Positions 1 through 12,486 of a stretch of DNA of 64,000 nt are shown here, piece by piece. The DNA lies in the NCBI GenBank assembly GCA_030704615.1, contig CM060733.1:31186001-31250000 (forward strand), given 5' to 3'. Position numbers and translations under genes: made by a program. Positions within the stretch are counted from its first letter, which is position 1, and the number at the start of each line of letters is the position of its first letter. Below the pieces are notes generated by a model that was not told the DNA's origin, ran no database searches, and was given only the letters and a program-made list of their open reading frames with translations. The stretch comes from Takakia lepidozioides (taxonomy: Eukaryota > Plantae > Bryophyta).

Positions 1-1484
1 AATGTTTCGTCGGCAAAATAGTGTTTCACCAACGAAACATTGGATTTCGCCAGCGAAATTTCCAGGTCTCTCTGCGTAGGTCATTATCCTATGGTTTCGA
101 GGGCGAAACAAAATGTATTGTGTTTGGTTTTGCATACAAGAGACGACGTGAGATTGTTTTATTTCGCTAACAAATTAGGGTGATAGGGTGACCAAGCCTC
201 GGAAATATGATGACTAACCCATCTTCCTATGGCTTGTGCTCACGTGAGCACATTGTGCTCACCATGAGCACAGATTACACATTTTAGTTTCGCTATTGCA
301 TCTTTTGAGAATATTCTTGGAATTTCCGGTTTTATCTTCTGCTCACGTAAGCAGGCGCACAGATGCGTGAGCATGCTCACGCGCTACCCAACCTCCAGGG
401 CAGAGGTCCCGCCATCGCGCCGACAACGTCCCACCATCGCACAACATTCGTCCCTAGCCCAAGGCGGGGTCTCCGTCGGGCAACGCCCTGGTGTCGCCGA
501 TGATGTCTCAAAAAAAAACAAAACCCAAAAACAATCGTCACGTGGACGTCGTGGGTTTACAACCCCCAAACGTTCCATTGGTTGTCAAGCGGTTTTTACA
601 CACCCATCCCTTAGCTATCCGAGGCGGATACTAAAGGGGAAGATGTGCTGGAATACTCTAAGTATTCTGGCCGCTCAGAACAGTATTAAAATCGAGCTCT
701 AGCAACTGAGCTAATTACCTTAATGTGTCGAATCATCAACTATCAAAGAGCAAAAAGTACATAGATAAATCTACTTCATCAAAACCTAGGTCTCATAGTC
801 TCTTGAGGGTTAATTGATTGAAATAATAACACAAAGTCGTCTTACATCATTCTTCTTCATCACTTAATCAATATATGAAGCAAGGTATTTTGTTTGTTGG
901 CTCTCTTGCAGAGAGAGACTTTGCAACAGGTTGAAGTCAATGGAGAAAATGTGGTCAAAGGACCTTACACCATGTCGAGGCTGCGATTGGTGTGTTGTGC
1001 TCAGTCATGCCCCTTACTCTCACCTTCCTCTTATGTTGTGAAAAAGAGAGCCCATCGCCGTTTTAGGCTTGTTTGTTTTGTTTTGTTTTGTTTTGTAGCA
1101 TTGAGATCTCCCAAACCGCGGGCTGGCCCAGCCCTAGTGCTTTGTACCGTTGGAAAGCCCTCGATGAGGGGGGATGCACTGACTTGGTCTCATTATTTTT
1201 GGACATACGGTGTGGGAGATATGGGATTTCAAGTAGTTTTGGTCACTAGAAATTCGTGAAAAATAGCAAAGTGGGCTTTACTAGAATAATGACGTAGAGA
1301 TTTCCCAAACTGTAGGGTCTTTGGATACATAGGGGATTGCACTTGGACTTTTAGATGACATTGGACACTTGGGCCAACGGCACATGCTACCTAGTTAGTG
1401 GATTCATACCGCACATTATCTCTCTCGTAGGGGCTTAGTATGGGATTTACATGCTTAGCTCATATTGGGGGCACCCGGTTCTAA

Positions 1485-2013
1485 GAGCATCCCCACCCTT
1501 CTCACTGAAATGGCCCCTATATGGCTATTTTGAAGGGATTGGTTCATGACTCTTGAAAGGTATGTGAAGGGGTCGGTTGCTCGTAGCCACACCATTGGCC
1601 CTCGTTACGCCCTTGTATCCTATGTTCCGGCCTTGCTGGAGTTCCCAGCGACGTTCTCATACGCTCCTGGATCACCTGCCTTCATCATCCTCATCACCAA
1701 AAAACTACGGCACAATTGCCTCTCCTTGTCAGTGCTAAAGTTCTTGCCCTTCCTTGGCTTTGGAAGCACTGCAACTGGATTGGAAGTGAGAGGCTGGGAG
1801 GCACGCTCTAACATATCCATGTTCAGGATGACTCGGTTGCGGGACGAGTTGAGGTCACTGGACGGATGTAGTGAAAGAGAAGGAGTTCAAGGTCTGCCCT
1901 TTACAGCATATATGGTAGGGGGGCAAGGGAGTGGTACGTTTGAAGGGAAATTTGAACCTGTACATGAAAAGTACGTGTGCAGGGGTCCATAGAGGCGTAG
2001 AGTGGGGATGCTC
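1485..2013 (-). mobile_element. Internally deleted PIF/Harbinger element with a Myb/SANT-like ORF remnant
   Basis: TIRs GAGCATCCCCAC (1485-1496) and GTGGGGATGCTC (2002-2013), flanked by TAA and TTA (imperfect TSD). ORF 1620-1820(-) contains RKGKNFSTDKERQLCRSFL, resembling the Harbinger Myb-like protein. Confidence 0.65.
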
Positions 2014-2586
2014 TTATGGTATTGCCATATTTCATACCGGTAGGGTCGGGTCTTTACTAAATACCCGTGCTTAGAACCGGGTTATACCCAATGTTATAAA
2101 CTTGGGTATCAAACCCACACTCGTTAAACCTATCATGATTGTGGGAGACTCAACCTATGTTCACACATAATTGGACAATTTGTTGCCTTCTTCCCTGTGG
2201 TTGAACTCAACAACATGCTGAGTTGGTCATATTGTGAACTGATGGACTGGCAAGTTGCAAGTTGCAACTGGGCAATCACTTGAGAAGTTGTGCCCAGATA
2301 GATGCCTCTAGCAACGTGAATTCTCCTGGATCCACCTCTTTCATAGTCTCTGGATAGTAGTGTTGATTGTGTGTCCTCTTGAGTTGTGTAGAACTCTTGT
2401 GTTTTGTGTGTCTCAGGGGAGATGCGAAAGTCAGTAGCACACTTGTGAACTAGGCAAGCATGGATTTGGTGAATTGGACAAGTTTGACGCAGTTGAATCT
2501 CGGGTTCAAAATGGTCACTTTCGGAAACTGTCGTTAGGAGTTAGGACTTAGGACTGAGAAAATCCCTCACAATAGTACAAGGGATT

Positions 2587-5206
2587 TGTCAAGTTATTTG
2601 ACCACTAGTGTGAAACTAGCTAGGAAATAGCTAGCTTTTACATATTGACATTTGGGATTGGCCCAAGTGTCAATCCAGGGGTCAAGGCAGATTTAGGCCC
2701 TGGAGTGGTTATCTTCACGGCAAGCACGGGAGGCTCATCTTTCGCATGGGCTATGATGGGCTGTGGCGGGCTGTGACAGGCTGTGCCCTGTGGCCTATGG
2801 GGCTGTGAGGGGCTGTGGCCTTTGGGGCTGTGACCCCTGTGACCTGTGTAGGGCTGTGACAGGCTGTGCCATGTGGCCTGTGGGGCTGTGAGGGGTTGTG
2901 AGGGGCTGTGATAGGGTGTGCCCTGTGGCCTGTGGGGCTGTGACGAGCTGTGAGGGGCTGTGACCACTGTGACTTGTGTAGGGCTGTGACAGGCTGTGCC
3001 ATGTGGCCTGTGGGGCTGTGAGGGGCTGTGACAGGATGTGCCCTGTGGCCTGTGGGGCTGTGACCCCTGTGACCTGTGTAGGGCTGTGACAGGCTGTGCC
3101 ATGTGGCCTGTGGGGCTGTGAGGGGCTGTGAGGGGTTGTGACAGGCTGTGGCCTTTGGGGCTGTGACCCCTGTGACCTGTGTAGGGCTGTGACAGGCTGT
3201 GCCATGTGGCCTGTGGGGCTGTGAGGGGCTGTGAGGGGTTGTGACAGGCTGTGGCCTTTGGGGCTGTGACCCCTGTGACCTGTGTAGGGTTGTGACAGGC
3301 TGTGCCATGTGGCCTGTGGGGCTGTGAGGGGCTGTGAGGGGCTGTGGCCTTTGGGGTTGTGACCCCTGTGACCTATGTAGGGCTGTGACAGGCTGTGCCA
3401 TGTGGCCTGTGGGGCTGTGAGGGGCTGTGAGGGGCTGTGACAGGCTGTGGCCTTTGGGACTGTGACCCTGTGACCTTTGTAGGGCTGTGATAGGCTGTGC
3501 CTGTGGCCTTTGGGGTTGTGATGGGCTGTGACAGGCTGTGACCTGTGGCCGTGGGGGCTGTGACAGGCTGTGATATGTGGCCTTTGGGGCTGTGACGGGC
3601 TGTGATAGGCTGCGGCCTGTGGGGCTGTGACCCTGTGACCTGTGTAGGGCTGTGACAGGCTGTGGCCTGTGTGGGGCTGTAACGGCTGTGACCAGTGAGC
3701 TGTGTGGGCCTGTGCTAGTCTGTGGTGGCCCGTGTTGACCTGTGGACGGCCTGTGCTGACTCGTGGAGGCACTGGTGGACTGCCTAAGGATTGACATGTG
3801 GTCTTGAAGGCCGAATTTTGAAGCTCGTGGAGGGCGGTTTGAGGAGTATCTTCATGATATTCCCATGGTTATGCAAGTGAGGGAAGAGAGGAGAGGAAGA
3901 GTGTTGGGATGAGGGCATGCTGGGGTTAGGCATTGCTTTAGCTTCTCTTCCTTGTAGTTTCCACCCTCTCATTATGCCAAGATCTTTCCGTAGGTAGAGG
4001 CAAGAGTCAGTCCGGGTTTGGGCTGGGGTGTCATTGTAGGAGCAACACCGTGGAGTTGTTTTTGGTGTGGGAAAGTTGTCGTTCTGATTTCTTGTGTTTG
4101 GATCCTCTGCGTGACTGTGCGTCATGCTAGTTTTGTGTGGGCGCTTGTTTTTATAGGTGATTGGTCCGGATTTGTTCACCGGCCAATCCTAGAGCATGCT
4201 GTCGATGGTGAGGCTGGGGTGATGACCAGCCAGACCATCATTGTTTCTCCTGTGGTGAGGTTGGAGGTGATGACCAGCCAACCATAGGAGTGCTTGCGGT
4301 GGATGCAGGTACAAGTGTAGGCTATGTTAGGAACTTAGTATTCCAAACCATAAGCCGCAACAGGTTCTATACCTTGTGGAGAGGGGGTTAGGGATATGTT
4401 CATGACCGGTTGAATGACAGTTTGTCAACATGGAGGTGCACTAGTTGCTGGGGACAGTGCCAGTTCGAGCACTAGCGATACTAGTGGGTACACGAGACGA
4501 GGTGTGCGGTTTATGCCACCTTCACCTCCTGTGTCTTCTATGGAAGGTTATGATTCGGATTGTGAATCAGGATGACTCATACCGGCGGTGCAAGTTGTTT
4601 CCTTGCCATTGTTGTGGGACACAATGGAGGAGATGTATGGAGCTACCAAGGGGCCACGAAGGTATTTTGGGGCGGTGGGCACCATCGAGTTGGATGATTT
4701 TATCCAAGAGTTTGATAGTTGGTGTGATTTGCAGCAAATGCGCAATCCACAACTATTTACGCCTTTCATGGCATGGAAGGGGCTGTTTCAGCACCTTGAG
4801 GGGCCGCCTATGGATGATTACCATGAGTTCAGGCGGGGGCATGAGGTTGAGATCGAAGAGTGGAGGATGTACTAATCACCCGACTATGTCTCCATCACTA
4901 GGGGCACTAGAGTCACGAAGGCAGTGGCTACACCTGCCGCTGCACCGGCAGCTTCAGCAAGCAGCAGTGGGACTAGTAGACTGGTGGTACCGTAGCTACG
5001 ACGTCTACCCAAGCCACTACCGCACCAGCACCAGTACCCGTGCCTGCCTTCAACCCTATTGTGGAGTTCTTCGAAGAGTTGAGAGAGAACTACCAAGGGG
5101 TGAGGACAGAGAAGTTGCGGAGCTTGCAAGAGTTCCAACGGAAGCCTACTGAGAGCTTGAGGGAGGCTTTCACTCGCATGAGGCGCTTGATAAATGTAAC
5201 CCAAGG
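2587..5206 (+). mobile_element. 5' part (terminus, satellite, leader, gag fragment) of a DNMT-Gypsy family copy
   Basis: Starts TGTCAAGTTA like 36594. About 4000-4320 is homologous to 39550-39880. Gag peptides MEEMYGATKGPRRYFG and FNPIVEFFEELRENYQG match the 39963 ORF. Confidence 0.9.
2752..3780 (+). repeat. GT-rich tandem array (CTGTG/TGTGA-based ~9-11 bp subunits in higher-order units) inside the element leader
   Basis: Repeated gggctgtgacaggctgtgccatgtggcctgtggggctgtga-type units. A reverse-complement copy lies at about 16790-18070. Confidence 0.95.
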
Positions 5207-5235
5207 TGTCGCGCACCTCACTTTGGTAAGCTCCC
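5207..5235 (-). mobile_element. Short remnant of a chromovirus LTR end
   Basis: tgtcgcgcacctcactttggtaagctccc matches the LTR end at 11098 (tgttgcgcacctcacttcggtaagctccc). Confidence 0.75.
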
Positions 5236-5806
5236 TAGTGGTCAAATAACTTGACAGCTGTCGTGCGCATACATATCGCTACACAACTACATCGCTGTCT
5301 AAAACCACACAACACATGTGCACACCACACACTAGTATACCACTAGTCCACCACTAGTCCAACCACTAGTCCAACCACTATGCTGCCCACTATGGCAGTC
5401 ACTAGTCCACACAATCGCCCCCCTAGCTGGTGCTTAGGTCCCTCTAAGTTCAGGTAGCCACAAGATGTGATAGTTACCATAGCCTCACTAAGTCCTCCAC
5501 CACTATCCCTACTACACTCAAACTCGATAGATCAAGAGGTCGGGTGCAAGAGTTGCCCCATCGTTAGTCGCCGTCTTGCAACCTGCAAACTTGAGCTTGG
5601 GATCTCGTGTATTGACTCTTATGAGCTTGGCCTCCCATGTCTTATTAGCTGCCTCTAGTCATGTCCACTGCCACTATCCCAAGCAGTGTGGACACAACCA
5701 ATCTTCGTCAGGAACCTTCTCAAGAGGTGGTGTCAAGCATCCCATATGCCAACCCCTTAAGCATCGATCACACACCAGCATGGTGGCTGTTCTTTTGGCA
5801 GACCCA
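5235..5806 (-). mobile_element. DNMT-Gypsy fragment: PHD + 3' end joined head-to-tail to the first 22 bp of a 5' end
   Basis: 5259-5806 is homologous to 29259-29840 and to the reverse complement of about 47140-47620. 5235-5256 is the exact reverse complement of 2587-2608. Confidence 0.9.
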
Positions 5807-8800
5807 CACTAGAAGCATTCGTGTCATTTACCACTGGGATAACGACTCATTTTGAGTCGTAAAAGTCAAAAAACTGGGATCGACTGGAAGTTACAACAGA
5901 CGTGGTAGTTGGGTTGGACATCCAATGATTGGAGTGGTAAAGGACGCAGACGCGCGAACAACTGCTCAGCGATTAATGCGATTAATGCTGAAGAACCACG
6001 TGGCGTAACCAGGCGGGCCGCCCGTGTGTCTGACCTTTTGGGCTGACTTTGACTTTTCCCTCCGGATGAGTGGACTGACTCACCCGGGGCGCGGTGACAC
6101 ATGGACGCGGACGTGGATGCGGACGTGGATGCCGATGTGGCGGCGCCGCGACGAACGGCAATGCTGCCGCGTGGCCACGGCCCCAAGACGCCACATCGCA
6201 GTCGGCCACATCACTGGTAGTGCTGCATGTGACGTCGCAACAGCCACTGGCGAAGTCAACTGCACAACTTCCGGCAGACGAATCCACGGGGACCACGTGG
6301 AGAGTGTGTGGGTTGACGCGTGGCGTCGTCCCCACGCAATGGCACTGACGGGTACGACTGCTAGTGGAAAGACGCAGAGTGCTTGTGCCATCTCGGGACT
6401 GCTTTGGCCAACTCCGCTGCCACTGTGCTAGTTGGTTGCACTACAGTAGGAAAGCACGAAAAATGAGCACTTGTAGTGGTTTGTGTGAATTTCCAACTGA
6501 CTTGCATTCTAAGCTGAAAATATGGTTCTGATGCATTCTACTGGTTTTAGTGGTTCACCCATATGCAGGGGGAATTGAGAAGGAATAATACTGGGCGAGA
6601 CTGAGAACACAGACCACGATGCATGCACAACATCACGCTAATGAACCAAATAGACGAGGCAACAGGGAGACCAAAGACCATCACACATACACATAGAAGG
6701 TGGACGGACACGACGACAAGTCAGGAAATGTGATATTACATTCAAATTAGAGACCGTCACGGCACACCTGCATATGAGCAAGACTAAATGCCAACATACA
6801 TGGTTGCCGGACATCACTTAAACTGTCATGGCCCAAATGTTCAAAACTGGTAACGTGAGTATCATACACACTTCTATGAGTATCATTACACACCCAACAG
6901 GGACTACAAACATGAAATGTCACTTGATACTTTCACCTTTCCTCATACTCTTCTCTGGCCACAGAGTCACCGTGCCTTTCACGTGCGCTAGTGTGGTCTG
7001 GGGGGGGGGGCATCGTCCACATTTGGGCAAGGCAATGTAACACTTGGAAGCATGATCTCATGGACTTTCACCTTGTACCACCCGGATCGAATGTCCTTGC
7101 AGTGGAACTTGTCAACCCCGGCTATTCCCACCACTTCCGCCTTGGCGGCGGCTGTCTTTGACCGCTTGTCATGGGGGTTCAGGAGAAACATAGGATTTGA
7201 TATCTGCAGACACCAACATCAGGGTCCACTCAGCAACAAACATAGCAATGACAGGGTGAAAGTCAAGCGCAGCTGGGCATGGAAACGATCTTGGTTCCAC
7301 AATACTGAATCAGTAGCCAATTCACGGTGTACCAACGTACCTTGAAGCAAAGCTCGTCACTGAGGGTGGCAACTGAGGAAAGCTGCCCACGTGTCTTCAA
7401 CTGCAGCAGCAAAAAGAGCTTTAGTCAGACGGATAAGAATAACATGAACTCTGGTGGTTGCAATGGTATAAACACACCTCCACGGAGCAAGCTAACAAAC
7501 ACCCTGCTCAGACCCTAGCACTACAACTTCCTGGCAAAAATAACCCTACTAAAAACCAGCCAGGCAAAGCAAGGAGCCATGAATGCATGCCTGGGGAACC
7601 ACGTCCTGCTGCGATGATGGTGCCGGGGACAGCCCACTCCTCTTGCTCACCTGCAATGAATACACATTGCAACGCTTCAGGAAGTGTATCCATAAAGGAA
7701 ACCAACCAAGTAGGTTTGCGGAGAGGGGTTGGGAACAACCATACCTTGGGCGCTGCCTCCTCATGCCGGGGGGGGAATCCGGAATGTTGCCGCCGTAGCA
7801 CTATGGTCGTAGGCGCAGGACCCACCTTCTTCACATTCGACCCCACTGCCACTCCCAGTACATGTGGTCCCTGCAAAACATATAGTGCCAGCCTTGCGTG
7901 AGAGGGCATCCGGGGGGAACAAAACAAACAGTGAGCCCAGCTGAATCTCAGTGTCCATTAAGCCAGCAGCTCATAGACGAGAGCTATGCTAAGGACTCTT
8001 ACTGTCCTTAGAACCCATTTTGTACAGTCCTGCAAGCGCGCAAGGGCGAGACAGTTAATAGTATCCATAATGTCCCGGTATGTGGTCCGTACTGTCTTGT
8101 GAACAAACCTTTTTTTCTTCTGCCAATATTGTTTCTGACATGTGAGGAGAGGATCGTCTTCATGTACGGGAAGTAGACGTGAATGCGTGCATGCATTTTC
8201 TGGCCCAGCTGCATGCTTTCCAGGAACAAATACCACTGGAATGGGGGGTGTCTCCAAAGGAGCAGGACCGAACGACACCTTTTTGTGCTTCCCTTGCTTT
8301 CCTTCTCACCGTTGTTGCATTCTCCCACCTGCCCAACAGCAGCACTCTCGAAGCAATAGCATGACATATGTTGCAACATGGTCTTCTTCACCAGCGAATG
8401 AGCTTTTTTGCTACATGTACTGCCACGTCCACATTAACGTTGATCCTTGCAAGCACTTGGCAAGACACCCCAGAGCCGCAAATCCAGCAACCACCACAAA
8501 CACATCTAACTGATTGTAGTGACACGGGAATAGCTCACATGTAGAGGAATTGAACCTCCAGCCAAATGAATGGCTCTGCCCCTTGTAGGACAAGTGCGAT
8601 GCAAAAACAAGGTGAGTACAAAATGAAGAAGCACTTACGAGGTCCCCATCCCTCGGATGGGCTCCCACTTGTGCTCTGGAACTGTGCAGGCCTGACTAGC
8701 ACCAAATTGCATGAATCCTAAGCCTGAATGTCAAATGCAGGTTTATGTCGCGATGCAGCACGCCATCATCTAACCTGTAGTTTCCAGTTTCACTGGTGTC

Positions 8801-10254
8801 ACAACTGCCTTCAAGTCAACATCAAAATTAAGTCCACCTATGCGCAAATCGCAGAATGTCTCATGACACCATCTGCCGCCGCTGGTTTGGCATGATATGA
8901 TTGTAGTTCACAACCTTAATGAACGTTTTCAGCCTTGACCTCTTTGCGATCTTCTTCTGCGACTGCTTCTTCATAATTTATGAAAGGGAAAAGCAGCTAC
9001 ACATCAAATTCTTGCAAGTACAGGGGGGGTACTCAGGCCTCATTGGGAGAAAGAGTGCCATAAACACAGACACATCCTTAAATGTAAAAATTGGAGAAGC
9101 GAACGTCTGGTGGCAATAACTGCCTAAACCAAAATTATACTCCATTCCAGCGCACATGTAAAGGGTCGGATGATAACTCGGAATCCCAGTTGGAGATAAT
9201 GAGACGAATACATGACTATCTTGCGAGTTTCAACTTTCTTGGAGGTAGTTTCCAGTTTCTCTGGTGTCACAACTGCCTTCAAGCTGGGTTTAGAGGAATT
9301 AAGTCCCACTCGCAAATGCAGAATGTCTCCCTCATCTGCGTGGGCAAAATGGGGTTTGGCATGATATGATTGTAGTTCACAACCAAAGGGCATATTCTTC
9401 AGCCTTCACGTCTTTGCGATCTTCTTCTGTGACGCCTTCTGCATAATTTGTGAAATGGAAAAGCAGCTACACATCAAATTATTGCGATGCCGCTCAATGG
9501 CACTATGAACGTTTCGAGCATGCTGTCAGAAAACTAGACGGGCAAAAACCCAATTCAGCAACCTCACCTTGCGTGGATACTTGGGAATTGATGCCAGAAG
9601 GGCATGCCCGTATGCGCGCTCCATCGTGCCTCCATCCAACACATTCTGTAAATGATGAATGACCAAGACCCCGATGTCACACCGTTCTGAGAAGCCACTA
9701 CGCGCGCTCACAGTATACGAAGGCCTTGCCGTGTCAGGATTTCCATTCCCACGTCCCACCATGTCCGACGCAGCACTTGCATCCTTGTCTCTGCCAGGTG
9801 GAGGCAACACGTATTAAAATATCTATTCCCCCAAGGCCACATTTTGTTTACCTCTTTTTGTGAAAGCCACGTCAGCAAATGTGCTGCCGAGTCATGGGTG
9901 CAATGAATGCGCAGTGGTTCATGGAGTCGTTGAGTCGACTACATATTCACTTTAATGAATAAATATCTTTATTCCATTAATCGAATTAGGAAAGAAAATT
10001 TGTAGTCGCATGTGCAGTAATTACAACCAATTTTGGCTTTTTCAAATTTTATGTATTTACGCAATTCGTAAAATAGCCCGGAATTCTGCTACGACTCCGG
10101 AGTCGTTGACCCCACTTCTGTCCGCCGTTTGAAATGCCCCCGTGGGCCCACATTGTCTGTTTCGACTCTCCACTAGTCTTGTTTACTACCAAGTGGTTCT
10201 CGGAGTGGTCGCGGACATGCAGTCGAATCGGAAAAGACACGAATGCTTCTAGTG
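5807..10254 (-). mobile_element. Non-autonomous CACTA (En/Spm) DNA transposon
   Basis: 19-bp perfect TIRs CACTAGAAGCATTCGTGTC / GACACGAATGCTTCTAGTG, 3-bp TSD CCA on both sides, and CGACTC-type subterminal repeats. It is inserted in the PHD region of a DNMT-Gypsy fragment. Confidence 0.93.
6988..7191 (-). pseudogene. TnpA-like (En/Spm accessory protein) C-terminal remnant
   Basis: AKAEVVGIAGVDKFHCKDIRSGWYKVKVHEIMLPSVTLPCPN resembles the CACTA TnpA C-terminal domain and lies inside the CACTA element. Confidence 0.5.
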
Positions 10255-10261
10255 CCAGAGA

Positions 10262-11097
10262 GGCATTTTGGAGTGCGACGCACTCACAGTTTACTGCAAG
10301 GGCAGTATTGGTGGCGTGGTATGCATACAGAATAGTTCGTGGCTAGGTGCATGGTGTGTGACAGGGTGCGTGCTTCATTCAACACCCCTACACCACAGTT
10401 GCATCATTTACCAATCATGGGATTGGGCTACATGTGGAGTCTTGACTTCGCAGGACCGTTGCCACTGACTATGCGCCACCACAGATATGTATTGGTGATG
10501 GTGGAGCACTTCTCCAAGTGGATTGAGTTGGTTCCATTGCCTGACAAGGCTAGTGAGGGGGCTGCGTATGCATTCTTGGATCGTGTGCTTAGCCGATTTG
10601 GTGCTCCAGCTGAGGTACTCACGGACCAAGGGGAGAGAGTTCTTGGGGGAGTTTCAGGCCTTGATAGACCACCGCACCACTTCTCGGGATCATCCTGAGG
10701 CCGATGGCTTAGCAAAGAGAGTTGTTCAGACGGTGAAGAGGGGTTTGCGCAAGTATGGCTTGCAGAAGGGAGACCTAGGAGATTGGGATCTTCAGGTTCC
10801 TTGGTTAGCCATGGGCTACAGGTTCAGCAAACAAGCATCATTTGCCTCCTCCTCACCATATTTCCTTCTCTTTGGCCGAGAGCCGGATTTGCCTGCAGCC
10901 ATTCGTAGGGACACTGCTCAAGTCCTTAACCTTGACGATCCGGACGTGTGGGTACGTGCATGTGATCAGCGTGCAGAGTTGTTCAAGAAAGTCATGCCCA
11001 TGGCTTTTGAGAACCTTGCCATTGCACAACACCGTGATACGTTGAGGTATGCCACTATACGTGGTGGAGGATATCGTCCTGGGGTTCGGAGGTTTAG
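10262..11097 (+). pseudogene. DNMT-Gypsy integrase fragment
   Basis: WSLDFAGP, VLTDQG and RTTSRDHPEADGLA peptides nearly identical to about 46050-46900, with frameshifts and small deletions. Confidence 0.92.
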
Positions 11098-12452
11098 TGT
11101 TGCGCACCTCACTTCGGTAAGCTCCCCTTCAAGTCATAGTTACTCGCTTTGATGCGCGCGCCTGACTCCCAACCTGGCCGCCGGGCCAACTTGGAGCTTC
11201 GGCTGCTCACCGGGACATAACGGTCCCCCCTTCGCTCTCCCACTAAACCCTCCACCTGTTTGGGCCTAGCGGAATTCCCTTTTGTAGATGGCAGTCCGGA
11301 ACAGCTCCCCACTCTTTGGTCGCTTTCCGGCTCGCTCGCTTACTCTCTAGTTTTTGGTCACCAACGGGCTTGCACCGTTCTCGGGGTCACTACTCCCCTT
11401 ATATATACTTCTGTAGCTGTCCGCGGGGGTTTCACAACTAGCCATGCCATTTTATGGCGAACCACCACGAAAACCCTCGACTCCCGGTGATGAGTCGCGG
11501 TGAGTCTTGGCCCACTCACCACGGCCCCTATGGACCGTGATGAGTCCCAAGACTCCCCACGACTCCCACCACGAGGTCTCTGCCCCCATGGTGAGTCCTA
11601 TGCCACCCCCACTAAGTCCCGCTAAGCTACCACCACCCCTTGTGGAGCCACCCCCACCGCAACCCGGTGTGCGGGGCTCCACCTAGTGAGCGCCTCCGCC
11701 TCCTTGAGTGCCTTGGGCACTCAAGGGTGCTTCAGCCCCCCGTACCTATCGCTGCCGCTGCCCCCACCACAGGGGCAGCCCCTCATGTGTCCCGACCCCC
11801 TGCCCTCAAGGCAAAGGGCCGCGACACACACTCCTACCAACAGGGAGTCGATGTCCTCATCGACTTGTCCATTTTGTAGAAACGAACATCCAAGTTGTGG
11901 CGTCCCACATCAAGGAGTTTGTTTCCGCACCATGGCGTCCCATGGCAAAGAACCAAACCCCACACTTGACTCTACTCTCCACTAGCTAGTTCGGCCGACT
12001 TCTCCAAGTCCCGGCCAAGGGTGGAGCCTCTCAAGCTCCTCCCAGTGCACTCTTCTTGGCCTACTTCAAGGCCAAGGAACGATCCTCCCCGAGGATCGAA
12101 TCGCCTTACTGCAACAACATTGCTTGCGATCGCTCATGATGCCGCTTTTGGCATCACCTTGAGCAAGGGTTCACCTCGAACCCTCTTTGACTAGGAAGAT
12201 AACCTTGAACCAACCGTGCGCCCCAATCACTACAATTGGGTCCGTCTTGGAATGCTGGCATGAGGTACGGGAACACGCCGAAGCCGCACTACGACTTCCT
12301 CCCGAGGCTACACGATTATAGTACGTGAACGGAAGCACGTAGCTTCCGCGTTAGCCCGCACTACAAAGCAACCCCCTCGGTAGCGCAATTTTTGTACAAT
12401 ACAAGTTTTTGCAATCAGATTCCTAAGCTAGCTAAGCCGGGCTAAGCATGCA
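11098..12452 (-). mobile_element. 3' LTR of a chromovirus (Ty3/Gypsy)
   Basis: Follows the chromodomain stop and a polypurine tract GGGGAGGAAA on the minus strand. Starts TG (12452), ends GCAACA (11098), and interrupts the integrase fragment. Confidence 0.7.
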
Positions 12453-12486
12453 TTTCCTCCCCCACGCTCCAAGGTTGATGTCCCCA

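Noticed and set aside
2752-3780. CRISPR-like array
   Set aside because: No unique spacers and no cas genes; eukaryotic satellite.
2638-3797. Long P/Q/S/T/H-rich ORFs (also 16917-18131)
   Set aside because: Open in several frames because the tandem array lacks stops on one strand; not evidence of a protein.
2587-5256. Apparent 22-bp TIR element
   Set aside because: No TSD. The right-hand repeat is the 5' terminus of a separate minus-strand fragment joined to a 3' terminus.
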